DNA of 64,000 nucleotides from contig JBGTDX010000118.1 in the NCBI GenBank assembly GCA_041748075.1, positions 498 to 64,497 on the forward strand, in the 5' to 3' direction. A model generated the notes under the pieces. It was not told where the DNA came from. It saw nothing but the letters and a program-made list of their open reading frames with translations, and did not search any database. This stretch comes from Thermoanaerobaculia bacterium. GTDB lineage: Bacteria > Acidobacteriota > Thermoanaerobaculia > Gp7-AA8. A program made the translations under genes and the position numbers. Of this stretch, positions 9,367 to 19,988 are shown one piece after another (the first letter of the stretch is position 1; the number at the start of each line of letters is the position of its first letter).

Positions 9367-9395
9367 ACTTTAGGCCGTATCTTCAATGGTGTCAA
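9367..9395 (-). promoter_or_regulatory. Sigma70-type promoter of the hrcA operon (TTGACA-N17-TAAAGT)
   Basis: On the minus strand the -35 TTGACA lies at 9395-9390, followed by a 17-nt spacer and the -10 TAAAGT at 9372-9367. CIRCE begins 4 nt downstream of the -10. Confidence 0.6.
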
Positions 9396-9599
9396 GAAGA
9401 AGGGTTCGGATAGATGACGGCCCAGCTGTCAGCCTCAGCGTGCGAAGGATCCTCTGCGCGAGGCGAGACCGCGCAAGTCCTCAGGTTGGCCCTGCCTCAT
9501 CTTCCTCCCAGGCCCTTCCGATTTCGGGTTCTCCGGATGACGCATGGCACGCCTCAGCGCGGAAGAGGCACGTGAGGTGCTATTGTTGGAAGTCTCTGA

Positions 9600-10238
9600 A
9601 TGAAGAAACTCGCTCTTGTTCTGTTTCTGTCGCTGATTTACCCGAATCCAGCGGAATCTGCCATCGTGGATCGGATCGCGGCCACCATCGATCGGGAAGT
9701 CATCACGCTGAGCCAGATCGACCAGATCGTCATCGTCCGTCTGATTGCACAGCGGCCGGACGAAAGTGAAGACGACTACCGCCGGCGCGTTCTCAACGCA
9801 CTGATCGCGCAGACACTCAGGTACCGGGATGTCCAGCGTTTCGGTGTCGAAGATGTTTCTCCCGACGCGATCGAGTCCCGACTTCGAGTCGTTATCAGCC
9901 GTTTCAGCTCCGAGGACGAGTTCGTCGCCGCACTCCGTCGCGCCGAGCAATCCCTTGAGGATGTCCGGGCCTCCATCAGGCGGCAACTTCAGGTCGAGAA
10001 TTACATCGATGAGCGTTTCTCTCCGACGATCTTCGTATCCCTCGAAGAGATCGAGACCTACTACCGCGACGTCTGGCTTGCCCAACGGGCGGATCGAGGG
10101 CTCCCGCCGGTTCCGCTCGCCCAGGTGCGGGAGGAGATCCGAACGCTCCTCCGCGCTGACCGGCTGAGGGACCAGGTCGAGGTCTGGACCAGCCAGCTCC
10201 GAGCGAGCGCCAACGTCGACATCTTTGCCTACCGATAG
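9600..10238 (+). CDS. SurA N-terminal-domain periplasmic chaperone-like protein (no PPIase domain)
   Basis: It has a signal peptide (MKKLALVLFLSLIY), and the IVDRIAATIDREVITLSQID opening is typical of the SurA_N domain. The short length implies a chaperone module only. Confidence 0.65.
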   Translation: MKKLALVLFLSLIYPNPAESAIVDRIAATIDREVITLSQIDQIVIVRLIAQRPDESEDDYRRRVLNALIAQTLRYRDVQRFGVEDVSPDAIESRLRVVISRFSSEDEFVAALRRAEQSLEDVRASIRRQLQVENYIDERFSPTIFVSLEEIETYYRDVWLAQRADRGLPPVPLAQVREEIRTLLRADRLRDQVEVWTSQLRASANVDIFAYR

Positions 10239-10240
10239 CA

Positions 10241-10283
10241 ACTGAAGAATTTAGAATGAAAAATTCAGAATTCAGAAGGCTCA
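10241..10283. repeat. Short AT-rich heptamer array (TGAAGAA/TTAGAAT/TCAGAAT) between convergent genes
   Basis: The sequence is actgaagaatttagaatgaaaaattcagaattcagaaggctca. TGA/TAG fall in the 5' part (10243, 10252, 10256) and TCA in the 3' part (10265, 10272). The ligA stop TCA at 10281 lies 9 nt after the last unit. Arm complementarity is weak. Confidence 0.45.
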
Positions 10284-12272
10284 GCTCTCAAGAAGCGTGA
10301 TGAGCTGCTCCTCGGTGAGAATCGAAACTTTGAGCTTCTGAGCCTTGTCCAGCTTCGATCCTGCGTCGGCTCCCGCGACCAGATAGCTCGTCTTCGAGGA
10401 CACCGAATTGGAAGTCTTTCCGCCCTCCGCCTCGATCCACGCATGAATCTCGTCGCGCGTGAACCTCTCGAGGCTCCCTGTTACGACCACGGTCTTACCC
10501 GCGAGCCGGGTTCCCCGCTCGGCAACATGATGAACCGGGGCGACGCCAAGCTCGAGAAGTCTTCCGATGCGGTCCCGATTCGCCTCCAGTGAAAAGAAGA
10601 AAAGGATCGAGTCGGCCACGCGTGGCCCGACCTCGGGTACTTCGGTCAGCTCTTCCGACGTGGCAGCCATGAGCCGTTCGATCGTGTGGAACCGGTCGGC
10701 GAGCAGTTTTCCGCTCCTCTCCCCGATGAAGCGGATGCCGATGGCGAAGATCAGCCTCGAGAGCTCCCGGGGCTTTGATCGCTCGATCTGCTCGACGAGC
10801 TTGGAGGCTTTCTTTTCTGCGAAGCCTTCGAGCCGAAGCAGGTCATCATCTCGAAGCTCATAGAGAGACGTGTAATCACGGACCAGACCGGCGGTGACTA
10901 GCGCATCGACAACCTTTTCTCCGAGCCCCTCGATGTCCATCGCCTTACGGCCCGCGAAATGGATCAGAGCCTCTCGAACGATGGCCGGACATCCTGCGTT
11001 ACTACATCGCACGGCAACCTCGGCATCAAACCGATGCACCGGCTCGCCGCAGACCGGACAGCATTCCGGCACCGCGAGAGGCGTCGAATCGTCAGGACGT
11101 TCCGACAGAATCACGCCCGTGACTTTCGGAATGACGTCGCCGCCTTTTTCGACCAGAACCGTATCTCCCACCCGAATGTCTTTTCGAGCAACCTCGTCGT
11201 AGTTGTGAAGCGTCGCTCGACGAACGGTCGATCCTCCGATGTGCACCGGATCGAATTCGGCCACCGGTGTGATCGCACCGGTGCGCCCTACTTGCGCTCC
11301 GATCGAACGAATCACGGTTTTCGCCGCTTCGGGCGGGTACTTGAACGCGACCGCCCACCTGGGAGACCTGGCAGTCTGGCCCAGTTCGCCCTGCAATTCG
11401 CGGTCATTGACCTTCACGACGATTCCGTCGATCTCAAAGGAGAGTTCGTGACGCTTTTCACGCCACTCATCGAGAAGGGCGACGACCTCGTCGAGGCCCG
11501 CACAGACTCTCCGTTCCGGGTTCACCGGGAAGTGGAGCTCCCGGAGCAGCTCATAGGCCGCCGCCTGCGACGGGATGCGCAATCCGTCCGCCCGTACGAC
11601 CTGGTAAATGATCGCCCGCAGCCTTCTCGCCGAAACCAGCTTCGAATCTTTCATCCGGATGGCGCCGGCCGCCGCGTTTCTCGGATTCGCCAGCAGAGGC
11701 TCCCCCTCTTCATCCCTGATCCGGTTGAGCTCAGCGAAATCTTCCTTGTCCATATAGATCTCGCCCCGCACCTCGAGCGTTTCGAACTGCGAGTCGACCT
11801 GCAACGGCAGCGACCGGACGGTCCGCACGTTCGCGGTCACGTCATCTCCACGGACGCCGTCGCCGCGCGTCGCCGCCCTCGAGAGCCGGCCCTTCGAGTA
11901 GAGCAGATCGATCGAAAGTCCATCGATCTTCAATTCGGCGAGGTATTCGACCCTCTCGAGGCCCAGACCATTGCGTACCCGCTGATCCCACTCGCGAAGC
12001 TCATCGAATGTGTACGCGTTGTCGATGGACAGCATTGGTGGATCATGGACTACCGTCTCGAACTCATCGACCGGCGCTCCCCCCACACGGGCCGACGGTG
12101 AATCTTCGGTGCGAAACTCAGGATGCTGGTCCTCCAGTTCGATCAACCTTCTCATCAGCAGGTCGAACTGGTAGTCGCTGATCTCCGGAGCGTGTTCGAG
12201 GTAATAGAGCCGCTCGTGACGAACCAGCTCTTTGCGCAGTTTCTCTAGTTCTTTTTTCGGAGATTGAGGCAT
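10281..12272 (-). CDS. ligA: NAD-dependent DNA ligase LigA
   Basis: It has the adenylation motif ELKIDGLSI, an OB fold, a Cys4 zinc finger (CPVCGEPV...CSNAGC), HhH repeats and a C-terminal BRCT (GKTVVVTGSL). Confidence 0.97.
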   Translation of the reverse strand: MPQSPKKELEKLRKELVRHERLYYLEHAPEISDYQFDLLMRRLIELEDQHPEFRTEDSPSARVGGAPVDEFETVVHDPPMLSIDNAYTFDELREWDQRVRNGLGLERVEYLAELKIDGLSIDLLYSKGRLSRAATRGDGVRGDDVTANVRTVRSLPLQVDSQFETLEVRGEIYMDKEDFAELNRIRDEEGEPLLANPRNAAAGAIRMKDSKLVSARRLRAIIYQVVRADGLRIPSQAAAYELLRELHFPVNPERRVCAGLDEVVALLDEWREKRHELSFEIDGIVVKVNDRELQGELGQTARSPRWAVAFKYPPEAAKTVIRSIGAQVGRTGAITPVAEFDPVHIGGSTVRRATLHNYDEVARKDIRVGDTVLVEKGGDVIPKVTGVILSERPDDSTPLAVPECCPVCGEPVHRFDAEVAVRCSNAGCPAIVREALIHFAGRKAMDIEGLGEKVVDALVTAGLVRDYTSLYELRDDDLLRLEGFAEKKASKLVEQIERSKPRELSRLIFAIGIRFIGERSGKLLADRFHTIERLMAATSEELTEVPEVGPRVADSILFFFSLEANRDRIGRLLELGVAPVHHVAERGTRLAGKTVVVTGSLERFTRDEIHAWIEAEGGKTSNSVSSKTSYLVAGADAGSKLDKAQKLKVSILTEEQLITLLES

Positions 12273-12324
12273 TTCCTGTCGAAGGGATCATCGCATGACC
12301 GCGGCCAGTCGTCAGCAGGCAGAA

Positions 12325-12390
12325 CTAGTGGCCTGTATTGGTGAAATCGGGACCAGCGCTGGTCCCGATTTCACCAATATAGGCCACTAG
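12325..12390. repeat. 66-bp palindrome built from two inverted copies of a 33-nt unit (CTAGTGGCCTRTATTGGTGAAATCGGGACCAGC)
   Basis: Region 12325-12357 is the reverse complement of 12358-12390 with one difference (G at 12335 versus the complement of T at 12380). That difference is a G.U pair on the + strand. The palindrome begins and ends with CTAG. Confidence 0.95.
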
Positions 12391-12929
12391 GCGTTCCCTT
12401 CGGGCTCCGGCCTCACCCTCGAGAGGTATCTCGACCTGTCGACGAGTTTCTCGGCGAACCCGCGGGCGATGAGCCGGCGGTCGAGCTCCCGGAGCAAGTC
12501 TCTCCGTCCCCGAACCAGATTCAGATTCAGTGCGACGAATCGCATTCCGCGCGGCCCCTCGAAATAGACGATGAGGCGGTCGCCCGGAACCATCTGCTCG
12601 GTCCCGGAGATTCGGTTCCAGGAAATCGAACGGCTTCGCAGCTGATGAAGCGGCCGTAGAACGAGTGTCGACTCCCGCAACTCGGCGATCGGGTGGAACG
12701 TTCCAACGTAGACGCGGAGCCCACCGGCCCAGAGCGCTCCGAGGTAAACCCACACGTAGGCTTCACCGATCCATCCGTAACGGGCTCGAGGGGAAAGCAG
12801 GAACGCAGCCGCCAGGACGGCAGTGACGGCAGCCGCCACGAGCACAATGGAAAGCCCGGCACGGCGGACCCAGGGACGGAAAAAGAACGTCAATTCCTGG
12901 TGTCCGGCGCTAAGGGTTTTCGTTTTCAT
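12387..12929 (-). CDS. Hypothetical membrane protein (two N-terminal TM helices, soluble C-terminal domain)
   Basis: It is a 180-aa ORF with hydrophobic stretches (LSIVLVAAAVTAVLAAAFLL, VWVYLGALWAGGL). I recognise no family signature. The stop TAG (12389-12387) lies inside the palindrome terminus. Confidence 0.55.
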   Translation of the reverse strand: MKTKTLSAGHQELTFFFRPWVRRAGLSIVLVAAAVTAVLAAAFLLSPRARYGWIGEAYVWVYLGALWAGGLRVYVGTFHPIAELRESTLVLRPLHQLRSRSISWNRISGTEQMVPGDRLIVYFEGPRGMRFVALNLNLVRGRRDLLRELDRRLIARGFAEKLVDRSRYLSRVRPEPEGNA

Positions 12930-13051
12930 TGCTATACGAAATCTCGTAGATTAGAATAACCCTGTTTTTGATGTGTCCGGATCGGCAGCACAGCGAAGAC
13001 CCTGACCCAGCCCCAACGGGCTTTACACTGTATCGCAGGAGGCGTGGGCCC

Positions 13052-13468
13052 TTGAACGTCAATGCCGGTGGCCGCCGGATTCTCGTAGTCGACGACGACC
13101 TCGCAATCCGCGTGTTGCTTCAGGCTGTACTGACCCGAATGGGGTTCGTGGCCGATCTCGCCGAAGATGGGGAAACGGGTCTGGGCGCACTTGAGAAGAA
13201 AGATCCATACGACCTCATCCTGCTCGACCTGATGATGCCCGGGATCAACGGCTACGAATTTCTGAAAAAGGTCGAATCCTCGCGCGCGGGAGAGCGTCCC
13301 CACATTATCGTCTTCACCGCAGCGGGTCAGCGCGGTGTGGAGAAGATTCCGGCCCACGCCGTGTGCAATTCGATATTGAAGCCGTTTGATCTGCACAAGT
13401 TCATCGAGTTGATCGGCGCCTGCATCGAGGAACGACATTCGCCGTGCAGCAACGGCGCTGCAGAGTAA
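13052..13468 (+). CDS. Single-domain response regulator (CheY-like receiver)
   Basis: Receiver-domain motifs are RRILVVDDD, the phospho-acceptor context DLILLDLMMPG, and a conserved K in ILKPF. The start was chosen as TTG 13052, 9 nt after AGGAGG (13037-13042). The ORF track start 12968/ATG 12971 would add about 28 non-conserved residues. There is no kinase nearby. Confidence 0.8.
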   Translation: MNVNAGGRRILVVDDDLAIRVLLQAVLTRMGFVADLAEDGETGLGALEKKDPYDLILLDLMMPGINGYEFLKKVESSRAGERPHIIVFTAAGQRGVEKIPAHAVCNSILKPFDLHKFIELIGACIEERHSPCSNGAAE

Positions 13469-13570
13469 AGGGGATTCGACTGGCACATGGTACCCGGGAT
13501 GACCAGGCGTCTCATCCTGAGCGGCGCGTGAAAACAGTGGTGCCGCGTGAGTCGCTTCTCGTCACGGCGA

Positions 13571-13596
13571 CCGATTTCACCAATACAGGCCACTAG
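13571..13596. repeat. Solo copy of the 12325-12390 palindrome half-unit (CCGATTTCACCAATACAGGCCACTAG)
   Basis: It is identical to the reverse complement of 12325-12350. As at the palindrome, the terminal CTAG supplies the TAG stop of the adjacent minus-strand gene (13593-13595). Confidence 0.85.
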
Positions 13597-14306
13597 GGCT
13601 CTCCCGACGGATGCCGCATACGCCATTCGAGCTGGCGGATCATCCCCAGCAGCAGCGTGACTTCGCGACGATCGAGCGCTATGCGACCCGCCAGCGAACG
13701 CAGCTCTTCGTAGATGTGATCGGGATTGTTCCCATGGAAGAATCCCGCCTCGACGAGCAATGACTGGAGTCTCTCGTGAAGTCTCTCGATCTCGCCTGCG
13801 ACCGCGAGATCGCGTGGACGCGGAAAGCCTGGCTCCACGTTCGCCAGTTCATAGCAGAAGAGCGATACAGACTGCGCGAGATTCATCGTCGGAAACGACT
13901 CCGAGGTCGGAATCGCTGCCGTGCGGTGACAATGCGCCGTCTCCTCCAGTGACAGGCCGCGATCCTCGCGGCCGAACACGAGCGCGAGCGTATGCTCCGG
14001 GGAAAGGCTGCCCAACAGGCTCGCGACGCCTCGCGGATCGAGATCGGGCTCGAGATTCCGGCCTCGGGCCGACGTCGTCGCTATGGTCACATGACAGTCG
14101 GACACGGCGGCAGCCAGAGTCGGAGCGAGATTCGCATCGCGTACCAGGTCGCCGGCCCCACTCGCCCACCATTCTGCAACGGGCTGGAGTTGCGGAACCT
14201 CTCCGACGATCGTCAGATCGTCAAAGCCGAAATTCTTCATCGCCCGGGCCGCAGCGCCGACATTGCCGGCCTCTCGCGGCTCGACCAGAACGATTCTCAA
14301 CGGCAT
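13593..14306 (-). CDS. trmJ: SpoU/TrmH-family RNA 2'-O-methyltransferase, TrmJ-like
   Basis: The N-terminus IVLVEPREAGNVGAAARAMKNFG closely resembles the TrmJ opening. It also has the SPOUT C-terminal knot motif (PTSESFPTMNLAQSV). Confidence 0.75.
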   Translation of the reverse strand: MPLRIVLVEPREAGNVGAAARAMKNFGFDDLTIVGEVPQLQPVAEWWASGAGDLVRDANLAPTLAAAVSDCHVTIATTSARGRNLEPDLDPRGVASLLGSLSPEHTLALVFGREDRGLSLEETAHCHRTAAIPTSESFPTMNLAQSVSLFCYELANVEPGFPRPRDLAVAGEIERLHERLQSLLVEAGFFHGNNPDHIYEELRSLAGRIALDRREVTLLLGMIRQLEWRMRHPSGEP

Positions 14307-14388
14307 CGATCAGGAGGGTACGACGAGGACGGACGAGAAGCCTCGCAAACGCATCGTGGAAGCGTCGCCGGCCGTAGCGTTTCCGTCA

Positions 14389-16053
<1,665 letters not shown>

Positions 16054-16068
16054 TCATACCCTCCCTGC

Positions 16069-17379
16069 TCAGGAAGACACCTCACGTGGCCTGGGTCCCC
16101 CCCGGAAATCGACCCGCCGGATAAAAGCGAAGGACGCCACCAGAAGAAGAAGCATGACGCCAACTCCCGCGCGGAACCGGATGGGACCAGCATCAGCAAG
16201 CAGAAACAAGGTCACGGCCCAGAGCTGCGGCCCGACGATTGAAGAAGCCTTGCCTGTGAGATTGAAAAAACCGAAATACCGACCACGCCGATCCTCGTCA
16301 ACGAGCCCGAGCAGGGCGACCCGCGTGACCACCTCGATCCCGCCGAGACCGATTCCGGCGACGATGGCAACCGGCAGATACGTTGAGAAGCTGGTTGCAA
16401 AGAGTGCGAGCGACAGCGCCACGACCCAGTTGCCGAGAACGACATAGAGCGAGGTCCTCAGCGGCAGCCGGTCTGTGATCATGCCGTAAACCGCGGAGCC
16501 CGCGATGGCCGCACCGAGAGCGATCATCATGACCAGAATGATCTGGTCGTCGCGCAGACCCGCGGCGAATTTCCCGTATGTCGCCATCACGATATAGACC
16601 GTGTGGATCGCATCGAGGTAAAGAAAGCTACCTATAAAAAAGTTCCGCAGATCCTTGTCGCGTACGATCTCGCGAAAGGTTTCTTTCACCGCAGCCAGCG
16701 TGCCGCTGAGCGAGGACTGCATTCCCACCGACGGCTGCTCGCGGACGCGGGCAAAGATGGGAATGGAGAAAACTGCGAAGAGAATGGCAGTGGGAATGAA
16801 TGCGTTTGCGCGAATCAGTCCGGCTTCCCCCGTCATCTCGAAAAGCGTGAAACGGTTTACGAGATCCTGAAGCGCCGCCGGCAGCTTCGCGAACCGCTCG
16901 CCGTCGACGAAAGGAAAGACCAGGGTCATTCCCAGGAACGAACCGACGTAACCCAGCGCCACGCCAATGCCTGAAGTCCTTCCACGGTCAGCCGGAGTCG
17001 ACACGGACGTCAGAAGCGAGTTGTAGCCCACGAGTCCGAGCTGGTAGCCGATGTTCGCAAAGGCAAAGATCATCAGCAGGGGTACGAGCCTGCTTCCCAT
17101 TCCGATGAAGAAGCAGAAAAAAATGGCGGCGGCCGTGCAGGCGAAGAGGATTCGCTTGTGACCGTATCGGTCACCGATCACGCCGGCAAGAGGTGAAAGC
17201 AGGGCCACCACCAGCATCGAGAGCGAGTAGGCAACGGCGTACCACACCTCTCCACCTGCGAAACTGGTTGCCACCCACAACGGCAGGTAGAGCGAGATGA
17301 CATTCATCGAAAAGATCGTATTCGCCAGGTCGTACAGACCCCAGGAGAGTCGCGCTCCCGATCCTCGATGCGGCCGCAC
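16069..17379 (-). CDS. MFS transporter (UMF1/Atg22-like family)
   Basis: It is a 12-TM-type hydrophobic protein. The N-terminal WGLYDLANTIFSMNVISLYLPLW resembles the UMF1 family. The substrate is unknown. Confidence 0.7.
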   Translation of the reverse strand: MRPHRGSGARLSWGLYDLANTIFSMNVISLYLPLWVATSFAGGEVWYAVAYSLSMLVVALLSPLAGVIGDRYGHKRILFACTAAAIFFCFFIGMGSRLVPLLMIFAFANIGYQLGLVGYNSLLTSVSTPADRGRTSGIGVALGYVGSFLGMTLVFPFVDGERFAKLPAALQDLVNRFTLFEMTGEAGLIRANAFIPTAILFAVFSIPIFARVREQPSVGMQSSLSGTLAAVKETFREIVRDKDLRNFFIGSFLYLDAIHTVYIVMATYGKFAAGLRDDQIILVMMIALGAAIAGSAVYGMITDRLPLRTSLYVVLGNWVVALSLALFATSFSTYLPVAIVAGIGLGGIEVVTRVALLGLVDEDRRGRYFGFFNLTGKASSIVGPQLWAVTLFLLADAGPIRFRAGVGVMLLLLVASFAFIRRVDFRGGPRPREVSS

Positions 17380-17447
17380 GACAGAAGTGTAGACGATTGC
17401 CCGAGCCGCGAGACATGAACCCGGCGTTTGATCTGGGCAATGGTCGT

Positions 17448-17528
17448 GTCATCCTGAGGCGCAGCGGATCCCCTGAAGACTTGCGGCATCGCCTCGAGGC
17501 GAGGGTCCCTTCGCTCCGCTAGAATGAC
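17448..17528. repeat. Imperfect inverted repeat GTCATCCTGAGGCGCAGCGGA ... TCCGCTAGAATGAC with central palindrome CGCCTCGAGGCG
   Basis: Read directly. A related half-motif, CTCATCCTGAGCGGCGCG, occurs at 13510-13527. Arm complementarity is about 70 percent. Confidence 0.5.
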
Positions 17529-17561
17529 GCGGGACTCTCGCGCGCCACTGGAGGCTTGCAG

Positions 17562-19037
17562 TCAGCCGTGGTCGATGATCGTCTTGAGAATATCGTCCTG
17601 AAGGTTGTATACGCCCCAGACGCCCGTCTTGTAACGGTTGAATAAAAACGAGAATGCATACACCTTTCCGCTCTTCGCGTGCACGTAGCCGGAAAGGCCG
17701 ATGGCTCCCGAAAGGTATCCCGTTTTCGCGTAGACCTGTCTTGCGTAAGGCTCGGTATTCAGCCTGCGCCGCAGTCGCGAGTCCCTTTCACCGCTATAGG
17801 GCATCGAGCTGACGAAGTCTCGGCGGTGTGGCGTGTCCCACATGTAATCCAGCACTCTCACGAACGAGCTTGCGGACGCACGGTTGAAACGCGACATGCC
17901 GGAGCCGTCGATCATCTGAAACTGCGAGGGCGGCACTCCGACTTTCGATTGCATCCACTCGGCGACCACCGCAGAACCCACAGGCCACGATCCGTTGCCT
18001 TTGACTTCGGCGCCCAGAGTCTTGAGCAATTGCTCTGCGTAGTGATTCTGGCTCACCTTGTTGATGACATACGTCACCGGTGCAAGTGGCGTCTGGTGGC
18101 GCGAGACGACCCGCCAGTCCGAATGTGGCGCGGTCTCGGCGAGCCGGACCGTACCGTTGATCCGAACACCGCTGTTCTGGAGAGTGTCGTGAGTGACGTT
18201 CGCGAAAAAATGCAGCGGGTTCATCACCGTGACGAAAACCTCGGTCGCACCGGACCGCGCAGGCACCTGACCCCGGACGATGATGTCGTTGGTTCCAGGT
18301 TTCCGCCCGATGAACGCCCCCCTGCCTCCACCGGTGGTCGCCGTGTTCACGATCCTCATGTAGCGGTTCGGCGGCTCCATCTCCACGATTGCGGGTCCCC
18401 CGGCGGATCCCGGCCGCACGCGGACCATCACGCACCCCTCCTGAATCGACAGCGCAGCCACCGGCGCTTCATACCAGTTCACCAGCTGATCCACGGGCCA
18501 GGTCGGGTGAACGTACTCGGTGTCGAAGTATCCGTGTTCGAGAATAACGTCGCCAGTGATCGTCCGGATGCCGGCGCGCTTGAGATCTTCTGCGAAATTC
18601 CGGATCACCGCGGTCGATTGCCCATCATGGAAACGCCCTCCGATGCTCGGATCGCCGCCGCCTGTGATCTTCACGTCGCCGTTGAGCACTCCGGTTGAAT
18701 CGACACTGCCTCGAATCGAAAGTACGGTCTTGAACTCGAAAGAGGGGCCGAGAAGATCGTACGCGGCCGCCGTTGTAAACAATTTCATATTCGAGGCGGG
18801 AATGACCGGCTGATCCGCATTCCGTTGTGCGACAACTCGCCCGGATGCCATTTCCATGACCTGGATGCTCGACTCCGAGCCCGCTGCGACCCCTCCGTTG
18901 ACGAGACTCGACAGCCGCGCCTCGAGAGAGGATCCGGCGTCCGGAGACGCCTGCGCGGTCACGAGCGGCTGCGAGCTGTATAGGAGAAGGAGGGCGGAGA
19001 GGAGAAGCAGGGCTTTTCTGGGGCTTCGAAGAGTCAT
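17562..19037 (-). CDS. dacB: D-alanyl-D-alanine carboxypeptidase/endopeptidase (PBP4, peptidase S13)
   Basis: It has SxxK (ASNMKLFT), KTG (AKTGYLSG) and S13 family length. The start was set to ATG 19037 (MTLRSPRKALLLL signal peptide); the track start is 19088. Confidence 0.88.
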   Translation of the reverse strand: MTLRSPRKALLLLSALLLLYSSQPLVTAQASPDAGSSLEARLSSLVNGGVAAGSESSIQVMEMASGRVVAQRNADQPVIPASNMKLFTTAAAYDLLGPSFEFKTVLSIRGSVDSTGVLNGDVKITGGGDPSIGGRFHDGQSTAVIRNFAEDLKRAGIRTITGDVILEHGYFDTEYVHPTWPVDQLVNWYEAPVAALSIQEGCVMVRVRPGSAGGPAIVEMEPPNRYMRIVNTATTGGGRGAFIGRKPGTNDIIVRGQVPARSGATEVFVTVMNPLHFFANVTHDTLQNSGVRINGTVRLAETAPHSDWRVVSRHQTPLAPVTYVINKVSQNHYAEQLLKTLGAEVKGNGSWPVGSAVVAEWMQSKVGVPPSQFQMIDGSGMSRFNRASASSFVRVLDYMWDTPHRRDFVSSMPYSGERDSRLRRRLNTEPYARQVYAKTGYLSGAIGLSGYVHAKSGKVYAFSFLFNRYKTGVWGVYNLQDDILKTIIDHG

Positions 19038-19127
19038 CAATCGATGGATACCTTTCCGGAAAATCTTCTCATGCGCTGCAATCAACATTCCAGACGTTCG
19101 AAACTGCGTTCAGGTTCTTTCGGCCGC

Positions 19128-19988
19128 TCATCCGATCCGGACGAAGGGCTCCGGCAGGGCAAGGCGGATGCGCTGCCTGAGTGTCGCCGGACACCGCGCC
19201 GACAACCGGGCATGAATCTCACTCGCGCTGTCCCGAAGACTGAAGTGCGTCAGCACGATCAGATCGTTCTCGAAGCGATCTGCGAAGTCATAGAGATCCT
19301 CGATGTGAATATGCCGGTACTTCACCGCTCTCTGACGATCCTCGGGGCCGGTGAATGAGCATTCGATCATGAGGACAGCCGAGCGAAATATCGCCTCGTT
19401 CGTCTGGAGAATCTCGCGATCCGTGTCTCCCGTATAGAAGACGAGCGAGGCTTCCTGCTCGCGGGTGACGACCTTTCCCCCGCTCCTGAGCTGCGCGATT
19501 TCCGCACCCGTGAGACCAGAGTACTGCGGCTCGAGCTTGCGACGTATTTCCACGACCTCGTACGCGTTGGACGGGATCCGATGACTCGCGGCGTGGGTAC
19601 GGACCTCCAGTCCGCCACGCAGAGTGACGACGGCTCCCGGCGAGAGACCTTCGATCCGGTACTCATAACGGAACCCCTCGAGACGCTCGTGTACCGTCAT
19701 GAGAGCGTCGAAGTCAGCGGCTGCGCCGGAGGGAACATAGACCATTCCGCACGGCAGTCCGAGAAGATTCCGCTGGGCGAAGTAAAACGGAATGCCGAGG
19801 GAGTGATCGAGATGAGCGTGCGTGACGAAGATGCGGGGGAGCCCCACGAGTAGATCCGGGCATCGTCCAATGTCGAACGCAAGCCCGAGCTCGCGAAGAA
19901 GAAACCATGTTTCGTTTCCAGCGCGAGACAGGCCTTCGATCGTGAATCTTCCGGCGTCGATCGCCACCCGGCCGTCTGAACGCCTCAT
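19128..19988 (-). CDS. MBL-fold metallo-hydrolase (RNase Z/BN-like)
   Basis: It has an HxHxDH motif (VTHAHLDHS). The ATGA overlap with the upstream HAD gene stop indicates operon membership. Confidence 0.75.
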   Translation of the reverse strand: MRRSDGRVAIDAGRFTIEGLSRAGNETWFLLRELGLAFDIGRCPDLLVGLPRIFVTHAHLDHSLGIPFYFAQRNLLGLPCGMVYVPSGAAADFDALMTVHERLEGFRYEYRIEGLSPGAVVTLRGGLEVRTHAASHRIPSNAYEVVEIRRKLEPQYSGLTGAEIAQLRSGGKVVTREQEASLVFYTGDTDREILQTNEAIFRSAVLMIECSFTGPEDRQRAVKYRHIHIEDLYDFADRFENDLIVLTHFSLRDSASEIHARLSARCPATLRQRIRLALPEPFVRIG

